A stretch of 32,000 nucleotides of DNA from Vibrio vulnificus CMCP6 (GCF_000039765.1 NC_004459.3:1440001-1472000); one strand, 5' to 3'. Shown: positions 18,422 to 29,114, numbered from the stretch's first letter. Made by a program: numbers and translations. Notes: generated from the sequence alone by a model not told the origin.

Positions 18422-19594
18422 ATGGACACTAAGCACATCACGAACTCAATTCAATTTAAAGGCCAAGGAGGGGAGTTCTTTGGTATCTGGATCGTCAACA
18501 TCTTATTGTCGGTGATCACGCTAGGCATTTACTCAGCCTGGGCCAAGGTTCGCACCAAGCGCTACTTTTATGGCAACACCTTTATCGCGGGTGATAATTT
18601 CGAATACCACGCGCAACCGATGCAACTTCTCAAAGGACGCTTGGTGGCACTCGCTCTAGTGGTGATTTGGGTGGTAGCAAACTCATTCTTTCCATTAGCA
18701 TCGTTGGTGTTGCTTGCGCTGTTCTATGTGGCGCTCCCTTGGCTTCTCTGGAGTAACGCCCGGTTTGATTCTGCTATGACCAGTTATCGAAATGTCCACT
18801 TTGCTTTTAATGGCTCGTTGAAAGAGGCTTATATGTCGATACTAGGTCGCGGTCTCGCATCGTTGCTTATTATCGCGATTTACATTGCTATTGTGGTGGC
18901 TTCAGCCAATGCGTCCGCGATGGTCGCTACACTATTAGGCTTTGGTACCTTGGTGCTGATGTTTGTTTTGTACGCTTGGGTAGTCGCAGGTATTCACCAA
19001 TATTTTGCCTCGGGTTATCAGTATGGGGATTGGAAGTTTGTCGCTAAGATTGAAACGGGCTTCTTCTTGAAAACATACTGTAAAGCGATGCTGATTGGTT
19101 TCTTAACCGCAGTGGCTTTTATGATTGTGATGGGCACGTTTGTATTGGGCACTGACATTATGAATATCTTTGCTGGCGAAGTGGACCTGCTGGAAGGGAA
19201 AGGGGATTTTGCGTATGTGGTGTTGACTTATCTGGTGACGATTACGATGTCACTGGGTATCACCGCCTATACGACGACTCGTATCCGCAATTATGTTTTC
19301 TCGAGACTGACCGCAACGGCAGAAGCTCAGTCTGAGACGGAGTTTCGTTTTGCGTCAACCTTTGGTGTTTGGGACTACATGAGTTTGATAGTCACCAACT
19401 TCTTGTTGCAAGTGATCACGCTTGGCTTGGCTCGTCCTTGGGTGATGGTGCGCACCTCTCGCTACGTTGCTAGCCATACTGGTGTCATTGGAGATATGGA
19501 TACGCTGAAAGCAACCGATCAAGATTCTGCGGTGAAAAACGCCATCAGTGATGAAGTGGCGCAAGCGTTTGATCTTGGCCTCAGTATCAGCTAA
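18422..19594 (+). CDS. yjgN: DUF898 (YjgN-family) polytopic inner-membrane protein
   Basis: 390 aa. The duplicated signature ITLGIYSAWAKVRTKRYF (N-terminal) and ITLGLARPWVMVRTSRYV (C-terminal) is present, with multiple hydrophobic spans. It sits next to valS, as E. coli yjgN does. Confidence 0.85.
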   Translation: MDTKHITNSIQFKGQGGEFFGIWIVNILLSVITLGIYSAWAKVRTKRYFYGNTFIAGDNFEYHAQPMQLLKGRLVALALVVIWVVANSFFPLASLVLLALFYVALPWLLWSNARFDSAMTSYRNVHFAFNGSLKEAYMSILGRGLASLLIIAIYIAIVVASANASAMVATLLGFGTLVLMFVLYAWVVAGIHQYFASGYQYGDWKFVAKIETGFFLKTYCKAMLIGFLTAVAFMIVMGTFVLGTDIMNIFAGEVDLLEGKGDFAYVVLTYLVTITMSLGITAYTTTRIRNYVFSRLTATAEAQSETEFRFASTFGVWDYMSLIVTNFLLQVITLGLARPWVMVRTSRYVASHTGVIGDMDTLKATDQDSAVKNAISDEVAQAFDLGLSIS

Positions 19595-20589
19595 TGCGCA
19601 TCTTTGGAACCGCATTCCCGCCTCGTAGCTCAGAGCGCTGTGAGGCGGAGATCGACACTTCTCAACCACACTTGCTTGCTCTGCATGTGAATGGGGAGAT
19701 TTTCAGTGCTGATTACCATTACCTGCACATCAGTGAGCCTGTAGGTCGCTTACCTGTGCGTATTTCCTTTCCGAATGGTTGGGTGTTTGTCACTGAGCCC
19801 AGTACGGCGTTATCGAAGTGGCTAGGTTTTCATAAAAAGCAAAGCTTTGTTGATCGAATGGAAGGTAACATCCCTGCTTGGATTCTTTCGGCTATGGTGT
19901 GTTTGGCGGTGATCGCGGGGTGCTATTACTATCTGTTGCCTTGGGGAAGTCAGAAGATCGCTGAGAGCTTACCGGATTCCTTATCTATCGCTGTTGGAGA
20001 GCAGGTGCTGGATTCGCTTGATTTGCAGTTGCAACCCAGTCAATTACCTGAGGAGCAGCAGAGCGCTATTCGCCAAAGAGTTCAACAGTTTGCGCAGGTA
20101 TTGCCAGAGTTGCCGTATGACATCAAGGTGGAGTTTCGCTCAATGCCAGAAGGCGCCAATGCGTTTGCGCTCCCCGGTGGGACGATTGTTTTGCTTGATG
20201 AGCTAGTGGCGCTTGCACAAACCCAGCAACAGTTGGACAGCATCATTCTGCATGAGATGGGCCATGTCCATCACCGTCATATGATGAAGCAAGTGGTTCA
20301 CTCCACCATTCTTTCGGTAGCGGTCTCTCTCATCACAGGAGAAAGTTCTGGGATTGTTGATAACTTAGCGGGGGTTGGGGTGTTTATCGTTTCCAATGGT
20401 CAGTCTCGTGAAGCGGAAACGCAAGCGGATCTGTACGCGAAAAAGGCAATGAAGCAGATCTATGGCACGAGTGAGCCGCTGGCTGAGATGTTCGAGCTGT
20501 TCAAAACGCAGGAAATGATGGATATTCCGGAATGGTTTAGTTCTCACCCTAATTTTTCCGAGCGAATTCAAGCCGCAAGGGAAGAGTAG
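19594..20589 (+). CDS. M48-family zinc metallopeptidase with an N-terminal soluble domain and transmembrane segments
   Basis: HEMGH at ILHEMGHVHHRH, a downstream EAETQAD, and the C-terminal SHPNFSERI motif typical of M48. Its ATG overlaps the yjgN TAA (TAATG at 19592-19596). Confidence 0.85.
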   Translation: MRIFGTAFPPRSSERCEAEIDTSQPHLLALHVNGEIFSADYHYLHISEPVGRLPVRISFPNGWVFVTEPSTALSKWLGFHKKQSFVDRMEGNIPAWILSAMVCLAVIAGCYYYLLPWGSQKIAESLPDSLSIAVGEQVLDSLDLQLQPSQLPEEQQSAIRQRVQQFAQVLPELPYDIKVEFRSMPEGANAFALPGGTIVLLDELVALAQTQQQLDSIILHEMGHVHHRHMMKQVVHSTILSVAVSLITGESSGIVDNLAGVGVFIVSNGQSREAETQADLYAKKAMKQIYGTSEPLAEMFELFKTQEMMDIPEWFSSHPNFSERIQAAREE

Positions 20590-20638
20590 CCAAGCATGCT
20601 TTGCTAAAATCGTGGTGCACCGTAGAGGATAAATACAA

Positions 20639-20662
20639 AAAGGCAGCGATAACGCTGCCTTT
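20639..20662. terminator. Shared terminator between the convergent M48 peptidase and valS genes
   Basis: AAAGGCAGCG-ATAA-CGCTGCCTTT. T-rich tracts follow on both strands. Confidence 0.75.
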
Positions 20663-20684
20663 CGTTTTATGAAGCTAACAAGAA

Positions 20685-23540
20685 TTACAGTGCCGCGATG
20701 GTCGCTTTTTGCTCTTCAAGTTTTGCCAAGGTTTCTTGGTAGCCTTCCAGCTTCTCACGCTCTTTCGCGATAACCGCTTCAGGGGCTTTGGCGACGAAAC
20801 CTTCGTTACCCAACTTACCTTCGATGCGCTTGATTTCACCTTGTGTCTTCGCCACTTCTTTATCCAAACGAGCAAGCTCTGCATCTTTGTCGATCAGGCC
20901 CGCCATTGGGATCATCAGTTCAGATTTCGCCACAAGTGCTGTTGCACAGGCTGGTGTTTCTTCGCCCGCAGCCAATACACGAACCGACTCAAGTTTCGCT
21001 AGTGACATCAATACTTGTTTGTTCGCTTCTAGGCGCGCTGCATCTTTCTCGTCTGCTTTTAGCATCACTTCCAGCGGTTTGCCTGGGTTGATGTCGTATT
21101 CAGCACGTAGGTTACGGATGCTAGTGATGAACGCTTTCACCCATTCGATGTCGTCTAGCGCTTCTTGGTTGAAGTTCGCTTCATCGTATTGAGGTAGAGA
21201 TTGCAACATGATTGTCTCGCCTTCCACTCCGTCTACTAGTGGCTTGATGCTTTGCCAGATCGTTTCGGTGATGTAAGGAATCACTGGGTGAGCCAGACGT
21301 AGCGTCTTCTCAAGTACCGTGATTAGTGTACGGCGAGTACCACGTTGTTGCGCTTCAGTCCCTTTCCATAGAACTGGTTTAGTCAGCTCTAGGTACCAGT
21401 CACAGAATTGGTTCCAGATGAATTCGTACAGCGTGTTTGCTGCCATATCGAGACGGTAGTTGTCGATATGGTTGTTGAATGCTTTCGCTGCCAGTTCAAA
21501 CTGAGACTCGATCCATTTGTCCGCTAGTGAGTATTCGATCTCACCTGCGCCAAAGCCACAATCTTGCTCTTCTGTGTTCATCATTACGTAACGGCTTGCG
21601 TTCCATAGCTTGTTACAGAAGTTACGGTAACCTTCAAGACGCTTCATATCCCAGTTGATATCGCGACCTGTTGATGCCATTGCAGCAAGCGTAAAGCGTA
21701 GCGCGTCAGTACCGTAGGCTTCGATACCGTTTTCAAATGTCTTACGCGTGTTCTTCTCGATCTTCGCTGCTAGCTGAGGCTGCATCATGTTGCCAGTGCG
21801 CTTCTCTACTAGAGACTCTAGGTCGATACCATCGATCATGTCGATTGGGTCAAGTACGTTACCTTTCGACTTAGACATCTTGTCGCCGTTTTCGTCACGG
21901 ATCAGACCGGTCACATAAACGGTTTTGAATGGGACTTGTGGCTTGCCATTTTCGTCTTTGACGAAGTGCATGGTCATCATGATCATGCGCGCAACCCAGA
22001 AGAAGATGATGTCGAAACCAGTTACTAGCACGTCTGAAGGGTGGAAGACTTTCAGATCGTCAGTTTGCTCTGGCCAGCCTTGTGTACCGAACGTCCATAG
22101 TGCAGAAGAGAACCAGGTATCCAGTACGTCTTCGTCTTGGTGTAGTTCAATCACAGACTCTAGGTTGTGGTTTTGACGAACTTCTTCTTCGCTGCGACCG
22201 ACGTAAACATTGCCTTGGTTGTCGTACCAAGCAGGGATACGGTGGCCCCACCAAAGTTGACGAGAGATACACCAGTCTTGAACGTCACGCATCCAAGAGA
22301 AGTACATGTTTTCGTATTGCTTAGGCACGAATTGGATGTCGCCATTTTCTACGGCTTCAACCGCTGTTTTCGCTAGAGGCGCAGTACGTACGTACCATTG
22401 GTCAGTCAGCATTGGTTCAATAACCACGCCACCACGGTCGCCATAAGGCACTTGTAGATCGTGATCTTTCACTTCTTCAAGCAGACCTAGTTCGTCGAAC
22501 TCTGCCACGATCGCTTTACGCGCTGCGAAACGCTCCATGCCGTGGTATTTAGCAGGTAGCTCAGTTCCGTAAGCATCGCTTGGCTCGCCGTTGGTCGTGA
22601 ACACTTCTGCCGCATCACGGATGTTGGCGTCAAACGTCAGAATGTTGATCATTGGTAGCTGGTGGCGCTTACCCACTTCGTAGTCGTTGAAGTCGTGTGC
22701 TGGGGTAATTTTCACACAGCCAGTGCCTTTTTCCATGTCTGCGTGCTCATCGCCCACGATAGGGATGCGGCGATCAACGATAGGCAGGATGATGTCTTTA
22801 CCGATCAGATCTTGGTAACGTGGATCTTCTGGGTTAACAGCAACACCGGTATCACCTAGCATGGTTTCTGGACGAGTTGTTGCAACAACGATGTAATCTT
22901 TGCCATCTGCTGTTTTAACGCCATCGGCTAGCGGGTAGCGGAAGTGCCACATGTGGCCTTTAGTGTCTTTGTTCTCTACTTCTAGATCTGAGATCGCTGT
23001 GTGCAGTTTAGGATCCCAGTTAACTAGGCGCTTACCGCGGTAGATGAGGTCATCTTCGTATAGGCGCACGAATACTTCTTGAACGGCATTAGACAGGCCA
23101 TCATCCATGGTGAAGCGTTCACGATCCCAGTCTACTGATGCGCCAAGACGACGAAGCTGCTTAGTGATGGTGCCGCCTGATTCGCCTTTCCATTCCCAGA
23201 TTTTGTCGATGAAGGCTTCGCGACCGTAATCGTGTTTGGTTTTGCCTTCTTCTGCAGCGATCTTACGCTCAACAACCATCTGAGTAGCGATACCTGCGTG
23301 GTCAGTACCGACTTGCCAAAGGGTATTTTTACCCTTCATACGCTCACAACGGATCAGTGTATCCATGATCGTATCTTGGAACGCGTGGCCCATATGTAGG
23401 CTACCAGTGACGTTCGGTGGCGGGATCATGATGCTGTATGATTCTTTTGACGTGTCACCGTGTGGTTTAAAGTAGCCTTGCTCTTCCCAAGTCTTATACA
23501 GATCTTGTTCGATTGAGGTTGGGTTGTATGTTTTTTCCAT
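20685..23540 (-). CDS. valS: Valyl-tRNA synthetase
   Basis: 951 aa with the HIGH-type motif ([13 protein letters not shown]), KMSKS, and a C-terminal coiled-coil. Confidence 0.97.
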   Translation of the reverse strand: MEKTYNPTSIEQDLYKTWEEQGYFKPHGDTSKESYSIMIPPPNVTGSLHMGHAFQDTIMDTLIRCERMKGKNTLWQVGTDHAGIATQMVVERKIAAEEGKTKHDYGREAFIDKIWEWKGESGGTITKQLRRLGASVDWDRERFTMDDGLSNAVQEVFVRLYEDDLIYRGKRLVNWDPKLHTAISDLEVENKDTKGHMWHFRYPLADGVKTADGKDYIVVATTRPETMLGDTGVAVNPEDPRYQDLIGKDIILPIVDRRIPIVGDEHADMEKGTGCVKITPAHDFNDYEVGKRHQLPMINILTFDANIRDAAEVFTTNGEPSDAYGTELPAKYHGMERFAARKAIVAEFDELGLLEEVKDHDLQVPYGDRGGVVIEPMLTDQWYVRTAPLAKTAVEAVENGDIQFVPKQYENMYFSWMRDVQDWCISRQLWWGHRIPAWYDNQGNVYVGRSEEEVRQNHNLESVIELHQDEDVLDTWFSSALWTFGTQGWPEQTDDLKVFHPSDVLVTGFDIIFFWVARMIMMTMHFVKDENGKPQVPFKTVYVTGLIRDENGDKMSKSKGNVLDPIDMIDGIDLESLVEKRTGNMMQPQLAAKIEKNTRKTFENGIEAYGTDALRFTLAAMASTGRDINWDMKRLEGYRNFCNKLWNASRYVMMNTEEQDCGFGAGEIEYSLADKWIESQFELAAKAFNNHIDNYRLDMAANTLYEFIWNQFCDWYLELTKPVLWKGTEAQQRGTRRTLITVLEKTLRLAHPVIPYITETIWQSIKPLVDGVEGETIMLQSLPQYDEANFNQEALDDIEWVKAFITSIRNLRAEYDINPGKPLEVMLKADEKDAARLEANKQVLMSLAKLESVRVLAAGEETPACATALVAKSELMIPMAGLIDKDAELARLDKEVAKTQGEIKRIEGKLGNEGFVAKAPEAVIAKEREKLEGYQETLAKLEEQKATIAAL

Positions 23541-23625
23541 GGGAGCTTAATCTGGTTAAGTTAATCTAGGTCAATCTTTATAAGTGAACTCTCTATTGGG
23601 AGAGCTTAACTATAAGGATTGACCG

Positions 23626-24075
23626 CTAGTTGTGTTCAATTTCGATTGTTTGCAGTTGGTAACCTGCTTGACGGTAGATTTTATACCTTTCTCGCGCGAG
23701 CTGTTTAGCTTTTTCTTCGCAAGGGACGAAGTCTACCACCTCAGCAAACTTGTTCGCAAAGGTTGTCTCATTTTTCGCCAAATTTATTACCAGTTGGCGG
23801 TTCCAGCTTGGCTTGACACCTTCGTGACCTATCTCAATATTGGTGGCGTATTTTGGACCTTCACCGACCAAATTATGCGCAACAAACTGAGCGGGCTCAA
23901 CTTGCCAAAAGTACTCTGCAATTTGCTCTGCGTGACGTTTACTTTCTCCATTGAGATACACCTTCGCCCCTTGCTTGGCAAAATGGTGGGCAAGGAACAC
24001 TACGTAGTGAGCAAAACCTTCTGGCGTTGCTTGTGGGGTGTGTTCTCGGACAATGTAAAACGTGGCTCTTTGCAT
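23626..24075 (-). CDS. holC: DNA polymerase III chi subunit
   Basis: 149 aa, similar to E. coli HolC (ATFYIV..., HNLVGEGP, VVDFVP, KQLARERYKIYR). It lies between pepA and valS, as in E. coli. Confidence 0.9.
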   Translation of the reverse strand: MQRATFYIVREHTPQATPEGFAHYVVFLAHHFAKQGAKVYLNGESKRHAEQIAEYFWQVEPAQFVAHNLVGEGPKYATNIEIGHEGVKPSWNRQLVINLAKNETTFANKFAEVVDFVPCEEKAKQLARERYKIYRQAGYQLQTIEIEHN

Positions 24076-24097
24076 AGCTTGTTCGTCTCTCTGGCGA

Positions 24098-24126
24098 TGA
24101 AAAAAAGGGCCTTGCGGCCCTTTTTA
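24098..24126 (-). terminator. Rho-independent terminator after pepA
   Basis: AAAGGGCC-TTGC-GGCCCTTT, flanked by an A run and a T run (symmetrical). It lies 13 nt after the pepA stop. Confidence 0.75.
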
Positions 24127-24138
24127 CATTGACTTGAA

Positions 24139-25647
24139 TTATTCTTCAGTCTCTTGGCCACTGCGATTTAGCAGGAATTGGACCAGCATAGAGACAGGAC
24201 GACCTGTCGACCCTTTGGCTGCGCCAGACTTCCATGCTGTGCCTGCGATGTCTAGGTGTGCCCAGTTGTATTTCTTAGCAAATTTAGACAAGAAGCATGC
24301 TGCAGTGATGGTACCACCAGGACGGCCGCCAATGTTTGCCATGTCGGCAAATGGGCTCTTTAGCTGTTCATGGTATTCATCCGCCATTGGTAGGCGCCAA
24401 GCACGATCGCTGGATTGTTCAGAAGCATTGACGAGCTCATGAGCAAGAGGGTTGTGGTTAGACAGAACACCAGTAATGTGGTGACCTAGTGCAATAACAC
24501 AAGCGCCAGTGAGCGTCGCAACGTCAACCACGCAGTCTGGTTCAAAACGCTCAACGTAAGTCAGTGCATCACACAGTACCAAACGACCTTCTGCATCGGT
24601 ATTGAGTACTTCTACGGTTTGACCTGACATAGTCGTTAGGATATCACCTGGACGGTAAGCGTTGCTGCCTGGCATGTTTTCACAACCAGCAAGTACGCCA
24701 ATCACGTTGACTGGTAGGTTCAGTTTTGCCAGCGCTTTCATCGTGCCGAATACGGAGGCTGCGCCACACATGTCGTATTTCATTTCATCCATGCCTTCGC
24801 CTGGTTTTAGTGAAATACCGCCTGAATCGAATGTTAGACCTTTACCGACAAGAACAATCGGTTTGGCTTCTGAATCTGGATGGCCTTTGTATTCGATGAT
24901 AGACATCATCGATTCATTTTTCGAACCGCGACCGACCGCTAGGTAAGAAGACATACCCAGTTTTTCCATCTCTTGTTCACCGATGATTTTGGTGGTGATG
25001 GTTTCGTAGTCATCTGCCAGACGACGCGCTTGAGAGGCGAGGTAAGCTGGGTTTGCGATGTTTGGTGGCATGTTGCCAAGGTCTTTACAGGCTTTCACAC
25101 CTGAAGCAATCGCCAAACCGTGAGTGATGGCTTTCTCACCAAGGTTCAGTTCACGACGAGTTGGTACGTTGAAGACAAGCTTACGTAGTGGGCGACGTGT
25201 TTCTGGCTTCACGCTCTTGAATTGATCAAAGGTATACAGGCCATCTTTCGTTGCTTCAACCGCTTGGCGCACTTTCCAGTACGTGTCACGGCCTTTAACG
25301 TGCAGTTCAGTTAGGAAGCACACCGCTTCCATAGAGCCTGTTTCGTTAAGTGTATTGATGGTTTTCTGAATGATCTCTTTATATTGGCGCTCACCAAGCT
25401 CACGCTCTTTACCGCAACCAACCAAAAGAACACGTTCAGAAAGCACACCTGGAACTTGATGCAGCAGTAGCATCTGACCTGGTTTACCTTCTAGATCACC
25501 ACGGCGAAGTAGTGAACTGATGTAACCGTCACTGATTTTATCGAGCTGTTCGGCTACTGGAGAAAGGCGACGTGGTTCAAACACACCAACAACGATACAT
25601 GCGCTACGTTGTTTCTCTGGACTGCCACTTTTTACACTGAACTCCAT
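24139..25647 (-). CDS. pepA: Leucyl (cytosol) aminopeptidase PepA
   Basis: 502 aa, with the M17 signature [12 protein letters not shown] and [10 protein letters not shown]. Confidence 0.95.
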   Translation of the reverse strand: MEFSVKSGSPEKQRSACIVVGVFEPRRLSPVAEQLDKISDGYISSLLRRGDLEGKPGQMLLLHQVPGVLSERVLLVGCGKERELGERQYKEIIQKTINTLNETGSMEAVCFLTELHVKGRDTYWKVRQAVEATKDGLYTFDQFKSVKPETRRPLRKLVFNVPTRRELNLGEKAITHGLAIASGVKACKDLGNMPPNIANPAYLASQARRLADDYETITTKIIGEQEMEKLGMSSYLAVGRGSKNESMMSIIEYKGHPDSEAKPIVLVGKGLTFDSGGISLKPGEGMDEMKYDMCGAASVFGTMKALAKLNLPVNVIGVLAGCENMPGSNAYRPGDILTTMSGQTVEVLNTDAEGRLVLCDALTYVERFEPDCVVDVATLTGACVIALGHHITGVLSNHNPLAHELVNASEQSSDRAWRLPMADEYHEQLKSPFADMANIGGRPGGTITAACFLSKFAKKYNWAHLDIAGTAWKSGAAKGSTGRPVSMLVQFLLNRSGQETEE

Positions 25648-25839
25648 GCGTACTCCTACATCCTGAAGACAAATAGTTCTAAATGTTAGATAATGACCGC
25701 TTACTTGTTGAATTCTATTCTCGGTCTACTCTGTAAGTTACAGATTAACATTTAGTCAGTTTTTTTGAAAAATAAAAGGTTCAACGGGAAATTATAGTGA
25801 TTCGACCAAAAAAACAAGTTTTGTATAGGTAATTTCAGC

Positions 25840-26940
25840 GTGATTATTGTTAGATATTTGATCCGCGAAACACTCAAGAGCCAATTTGCGATCTTTTTCG
25901 TACTTTTTTTGGTGTTTCTCAGCCAGCAGTTCATTAGTGTGTTAGCGGATGCGTCGGATGGCGATATTCCGGCCAGTTTGATCATGTCGATTGTCGCGTT
26001 GAACATGCCATCGATGGGACTGTTAATGTTACCACTCAGTCTGTATATCGGTATTTTGATTACCTTTGGTCGACTTTACGCGGAAAGCGAAATCGTGGTG
26101 ATGAACGCCACGGGTATTGGGAATAAGTTCCTGATTCAAGCTGCATTGTATTTGGCGGTGATCACCTCCGGCGTAGCTGCGTTCAACTCATTGTGGTTGT
26201 CTCCTTGGTCGATGGATCGTGTTGAGCAATTGACCGAACAGGTTGCGGCTGAAAATAGTGTCGATTTATTAAAGAAAGGCCAATTTCAGTTCACTCCTGA
26301 TCGCTCTTCGGTGGTTTTCATTGATGATATCAAAGATAAACAGCTGTCTAATGTGTTTGTCGCACAGCTTATGCCCAGAGATTCCATTCTACCGAGTGTG
26401 ATGTTCGCTAATGGCGGTGAGGTGAAAGAGCTGTCTGATGGCCGTCAGATCATCTCTATGAAGCAAGGGACACGCTACGAAGGCGTACCAACTCGCGTGG
26501 AGTATATGATCACTGAATTTGAACAATACGACGGTTTAATTGGTCAACGTTCGGTCAAACAGCGAGGGCGAGATTGGGATGCGATTCCAACGCTGGAGCT
26601 GATTGGTAATCCTGACCCAGAAGCGCAAGCTGAGCTGCAATGGCGGGTTTCCCTATTCGTTTGTATCCCTCTACTGACCATGCTGGTTATCCCACTTTCA
26701 GCAGTGAGCCCGCGCCAGGGGCGATTTGCCAAAATGGGGCCGGCTATCCTCATCTATCTTGCGTATTTCTTGTCGATCAGCGCAACGAAATCTGCGTTGG
26801 AAGAGGGGGATATTTCTGCCTCGATTGGTATGTGGCCTATTAATGGTTTGCTACTGCTGGTGGCGATTATGGCGAACTTTATGGACAGCATTGCCGTTAG
26901 ACGAATCAAAGACAATTTTAGAAAGAAGAGGCTAGCGTAA
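25840..26940 (+). CDS. lptF: LPS export ABC transporter permease LptF
   Basis: 366 aa, the same length as E. coli LptF, with a near-identical N-terminus (MIIVRYLIRETLKSQ). The start codon is GTG. Confidence 0.9.
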   Translation: MIIVRYLIRETLKSQFAIFFVLFLVFLSQQFISVLADASDGDIPASLIMSIVALNMPSMGLLMLPLSLYIGILITFGRLYAESEIVVMNATGIGNKFLIQAALYLAVITSGVAAFNSLWLSPWSMDRVEQLTEQVAAENSVDLLKKGQFQFTPDRSSVVFIDDIKDKQLSNVFVAQLMPRDSILPSVMFANGGEVKELSDGRQIISMKQGTRYEGVPTRVEYMITEFEQYDGLIGQRSVKQRGRDWDAIPTLELIGNPDPEAQAELQWRVSLFVCIPLLTMLVIPLSAVSPRQGRFAKMGPAILIYLAYFLSISATKSALEEGDISASIGMWPINGLLLLVAIMANFMDSIAVRRIKDNFRKKRLA

Positions 26941-26943
26941 ATC

Positions 26944-28017
26944 GTGTTTAAAATTTTAGACCTTTACATCGGTAGAACGATCGTTGCAACCACCTCTTTG
27001 GTATTGGTCACCTTTGTTGGCCTTTCTGGCATCATTAAGTATGTTGAGCAATTGCGTAAAGTGGGCAAAGGAACGTATGACCTCTTGCATGCGTTGTACT
27101 TTGTTTTATTGAGTATTCCTCGCGATATCGAAATGTTTTTCCCAATGGCCGCCTTGCTTGGTGCTCTGATTGGGCTAGGAATGCTGGCGTCGAGTTCAGA
27201 ATTGGTGGTGATGCAGGCTGCTGGTTTTTCTAAGCTGGATATCGGCGTCTCCGTGTTAAAAACCGCAGTACCGTTAATGCTGGTGGTGATGGCGCTGGGC
27301 CAGTGGGGCGCACCAGACGCACAGAAAATGGCTCGTGATTTGCGTTCATTTGCCTTATCTGGCGGTAGCATTGTTTCCGTGCGCAGTGGTGTTTGGGCCA
27401 AAGATGCCAATGACTTTATCTTTATCGGTAAGGTAGATGAGGACAAGCTCTATGGGCTTAACATGTGGAAGTTTGACCAGAATAAGAAGCTGCAATCGGT
27501 CATTTTTGCCGAAGAGGTTGATTACCAACAAGACAATCGCTGGTTGATGCGTTACGTGCAAATTACCGATATGCAAGATGAGAAAGTCATTTCCAAACAT
27601 TCATTAGAGCAGATGGAATGGGAAACCTCATTGGCTCCCGATAAATTAGCTGTTGTGACGGTAAAACCGGAAGAGCTTTCTCTCAGTGGACTCTATGACT
27701 ATGTGACCTATCTCAAAGCCTCCGAGCAAGATGCTTCTCGCTACGAGTTAGCGTTCTGGCGCAAGTTGACTCAGCCCATTTCGATTGCAGTGATGATGTT
27801 GATGGCATTGTCATTTGTGTTTGGTCCGCTTCGAAGTGTCACTATGGGGGCGAGAGTGATCTCAGGTGTGATTGCGGGTTTTGCTTTTTACATTTCCAGC
27901 GAGTTCTTCGGGCCTTTGACGTTGGTGTATGGTATTCCACCAGTGTTTGGCGCAGTGGCTCCGAGTATTGTGTTCTTTATCGTTGCCGTGATGTTGTTGA
28001 ACCGAAAACTGCAATAA
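26944..28017 (+). CDS. lptG: LPS export ABC transporter permease LptG
   Basis: 357 aa, colinear with E. coli LptG (ILDLYIGRTI..., SELVVMQAAGFS, FGPLRSV). It has a GTG start 3 nt after the lptF stop. Confidence 0.9.
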   Translation: MFKILDLYIGRTIVATTSLVLVTFVGLSGIIKYVEQLRKVGKGTYDLLHALYFVLLSIPRDIEMFFPMAALLGALIGLGMLASSSELVVMQAAGFSKLDIGVSVLKTAVPLMLVVMALGQWGAPDAQKMARDLRSFALSGGSIVSVRSGVWAKDANDFIFIGKVDEDKLYGLNMWKFDQNKKLQSVIFAEEVDYQQDNRWLMRYVQITDMQDEKVISKHSLEQMEWETSLAPDKLAVVTVKPEELSLSGLYDYVTYLKASEQDASRYELAFWRKLTQPISIAVMMLMALSFVFGPLRSVTMGARVISGVIAGFAFYISSEFFGPLTLVYGIPPVFGAVAPSIVFFIVAVMLLNRKLQ

Positions 28018-28048
28018 ATAATGGGATTGACTCGCGAAAGAAAAGAAG

Positions 28049-28077
28049 ATGGAAGGCAATATGCCTTCCATTTTTTA
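28049..28077 (+). terminator. Rho-independent terminator of lptFG
   Basis: ATGGAAGGCA-ATA-TGCCTTCCAT followed by TTTTTTAT. Confidence 0.8.
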
Positions 28078-28118
28078 TGGTCTCTTTAACTCGAGCGCCT
28101 AGATTGTTTAGCTTGGGA

Positions 28119-28595
28119 TTATCTGACTTTAGGCAGCAAAACGACTTCTGTTTTGGCCCAAATGTCGTGAAAGCCCCTTTTCTTCGGATCGATTGGCACA
28201 GTGAAATTTGCCAAACCAAACGCAGAAGTTGCAATGCGTATTAGAGCTTGAGTTGGAGTAATCATCGAACCGTCGTGATTACGTACTTGAATCTTCCATG
28301 CTCGCATTCCAAGTGTTTGGCCTGCTCGAGTCCAAAAATAGACTAAGAAGTAGATCCAGACAGCGGCAAGATAGAAAGTAAAGAGCGGGCTGATGATTGG
28401 GTGTCGGCTGAGTAAATCAGCGGCATCCACATATTCGCCATAACTGATCAAGCCCATCCCATTTAGGGCAAACAGTATGGCCATCACGACCCCGGCTGCC
28501 ATCATTTCTAAAGCAATAATAATCAAAGCGTCATAAAAAAGTGCCGCAAGGCGACGAAAAAGCCCAGCAGGCGGTAATGTTGTAGTAGTCATCAT
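28119..28595 (-). CDS. RDD-family membrane protein
   Basis: 158 aa with the RDD-type N-terminus (FRRLAALFYDALIIIALE), three hydrophobic spans, and GQTLGMRAWKIQV. Confidence 0.8.
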   Translation of the reverse strand: MMTTTTLPPAGLFRRLAALFYDALIIIALEMMAAGVVMAILFALNGMGLISYGEYVDAADLLSRHPIISPLFTFYLAAVWIYFLVYFWTRAGQTLGMRAWKIQVRNHDGSMITPTQALIRIATSAFGLANFTVPIDPKKRGFHDIWAKTEVVLLPKVR

Positions 28596-28724
28596 CGTTC
28601 ACTTACCTTTCAAATTGTGCGTCAGGATATAGATTCAACCCTATGAAGAAAAGAGAGCTAGAGCACACTGTGTTCATTTGTGGCGAAAACTTAGGCAAAC
28701 GGTAATTATTTCAATCTTTTGCTC

Positions 28725-28752
28725 TTGCACAACCGAAAAGCTTACGTATAAT
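28725..28752 (+). promoter_or_regulatory. Candidate sigma70 promoter for tRNA-Leu
   Basis: -35 TTGCAC (28725-28730), a 16-nt spacer, -10 TATAAT (28747-28752), then a GC-containing discriminator. It lies about 30 nt upstream of the tRNA. Confidence 0.55.
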
Positions 28753-28783
28753 GCCAAGCATCGAAAGGCAATAGCCTAAAGAT

Positions 28784-28868
28784 GCCGGTGTGGTGAAATT
28801 GGTATACACGACGGATTCAAAATCCGTTTCCTTCGGGAGTGGCGGTTCAAGTCCGCCCACCGGTACCA
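28784..28868 (+). tRNA. tRNA-Leu, anticodon CAA (type II, long variable arm)
   Basis: Manual cloverleaf fold: acceptor GCCGGTG/CACCGGT, D arm GTG..CAC, anticodon stem ACGGA/TCCGT with loop TTCAAAA, variable arm TCC-TTCG-GGA, T arm GGCGG-TTCAAGT-CCGCC, and an encoded ACCA end. Position 1:72 reads as a G:T (G-U) pair. Confidence 0.9.
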
Positions 28869-28875
28869 TACATAG

Positions 28876-28909
28876 AAAGGTCGCTTTTATAGCGGCCTTT
28901 CGTCGTTTT
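28876..28909 (+). terminator. Terminator after tRNA-Leu
   Basis: AAAGGTCGC-TTTTATA-GCGGCCTTT (one G-U pair) followed by CGTCGTTTT. Confidence 0.6.
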
Positions 28910-29086
28910 GGGCTTTTGGAAAACGCTCTTTGCTTTCTTTCTGCATTTGTATTGCTTTTTCTCCTATGCCGCCGCTTTTCTAGCACTAAGTGTTCAATCA
29001 AGCAGACTTTGTCACAAGTACCTTAATTTAAAATGCTTCAATCACTTCGTTGAGCTCTTAAGCGAGTCGTGTTTCTCCGACATAAA

Positions 29087-29114
29087 CGAAAAAAGCGCGG
29101 AGAAGACTCCGCGC
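29087..29114 (-). terminator. Rho-independent terminator of the deacetylase gene
   Basis: On the minus strand, GCGCGGAG-TCTT-CTCCGCGC is followed by TTTTTTCG, about 32 nt after the stop at 29146. Confidence 0.75.

Noticed and set aside
20709-22859. Plus-strand ORFs overlapping valS (20709-21002, 20788-21192, 21925-22176 and others)
   Set aside because: They are antisense shadows of the valS reading frame, with no independent start signals or recognisable motifs.
28711-29001. A 96-aa minus-strand ORF and a 78-aa plus-strand ORF covering the tRNA-Leu gene
   Set aside because: They overlap a confidently folded tRNA and its terminator, so they are artefacts of an open frame across structured RNA.
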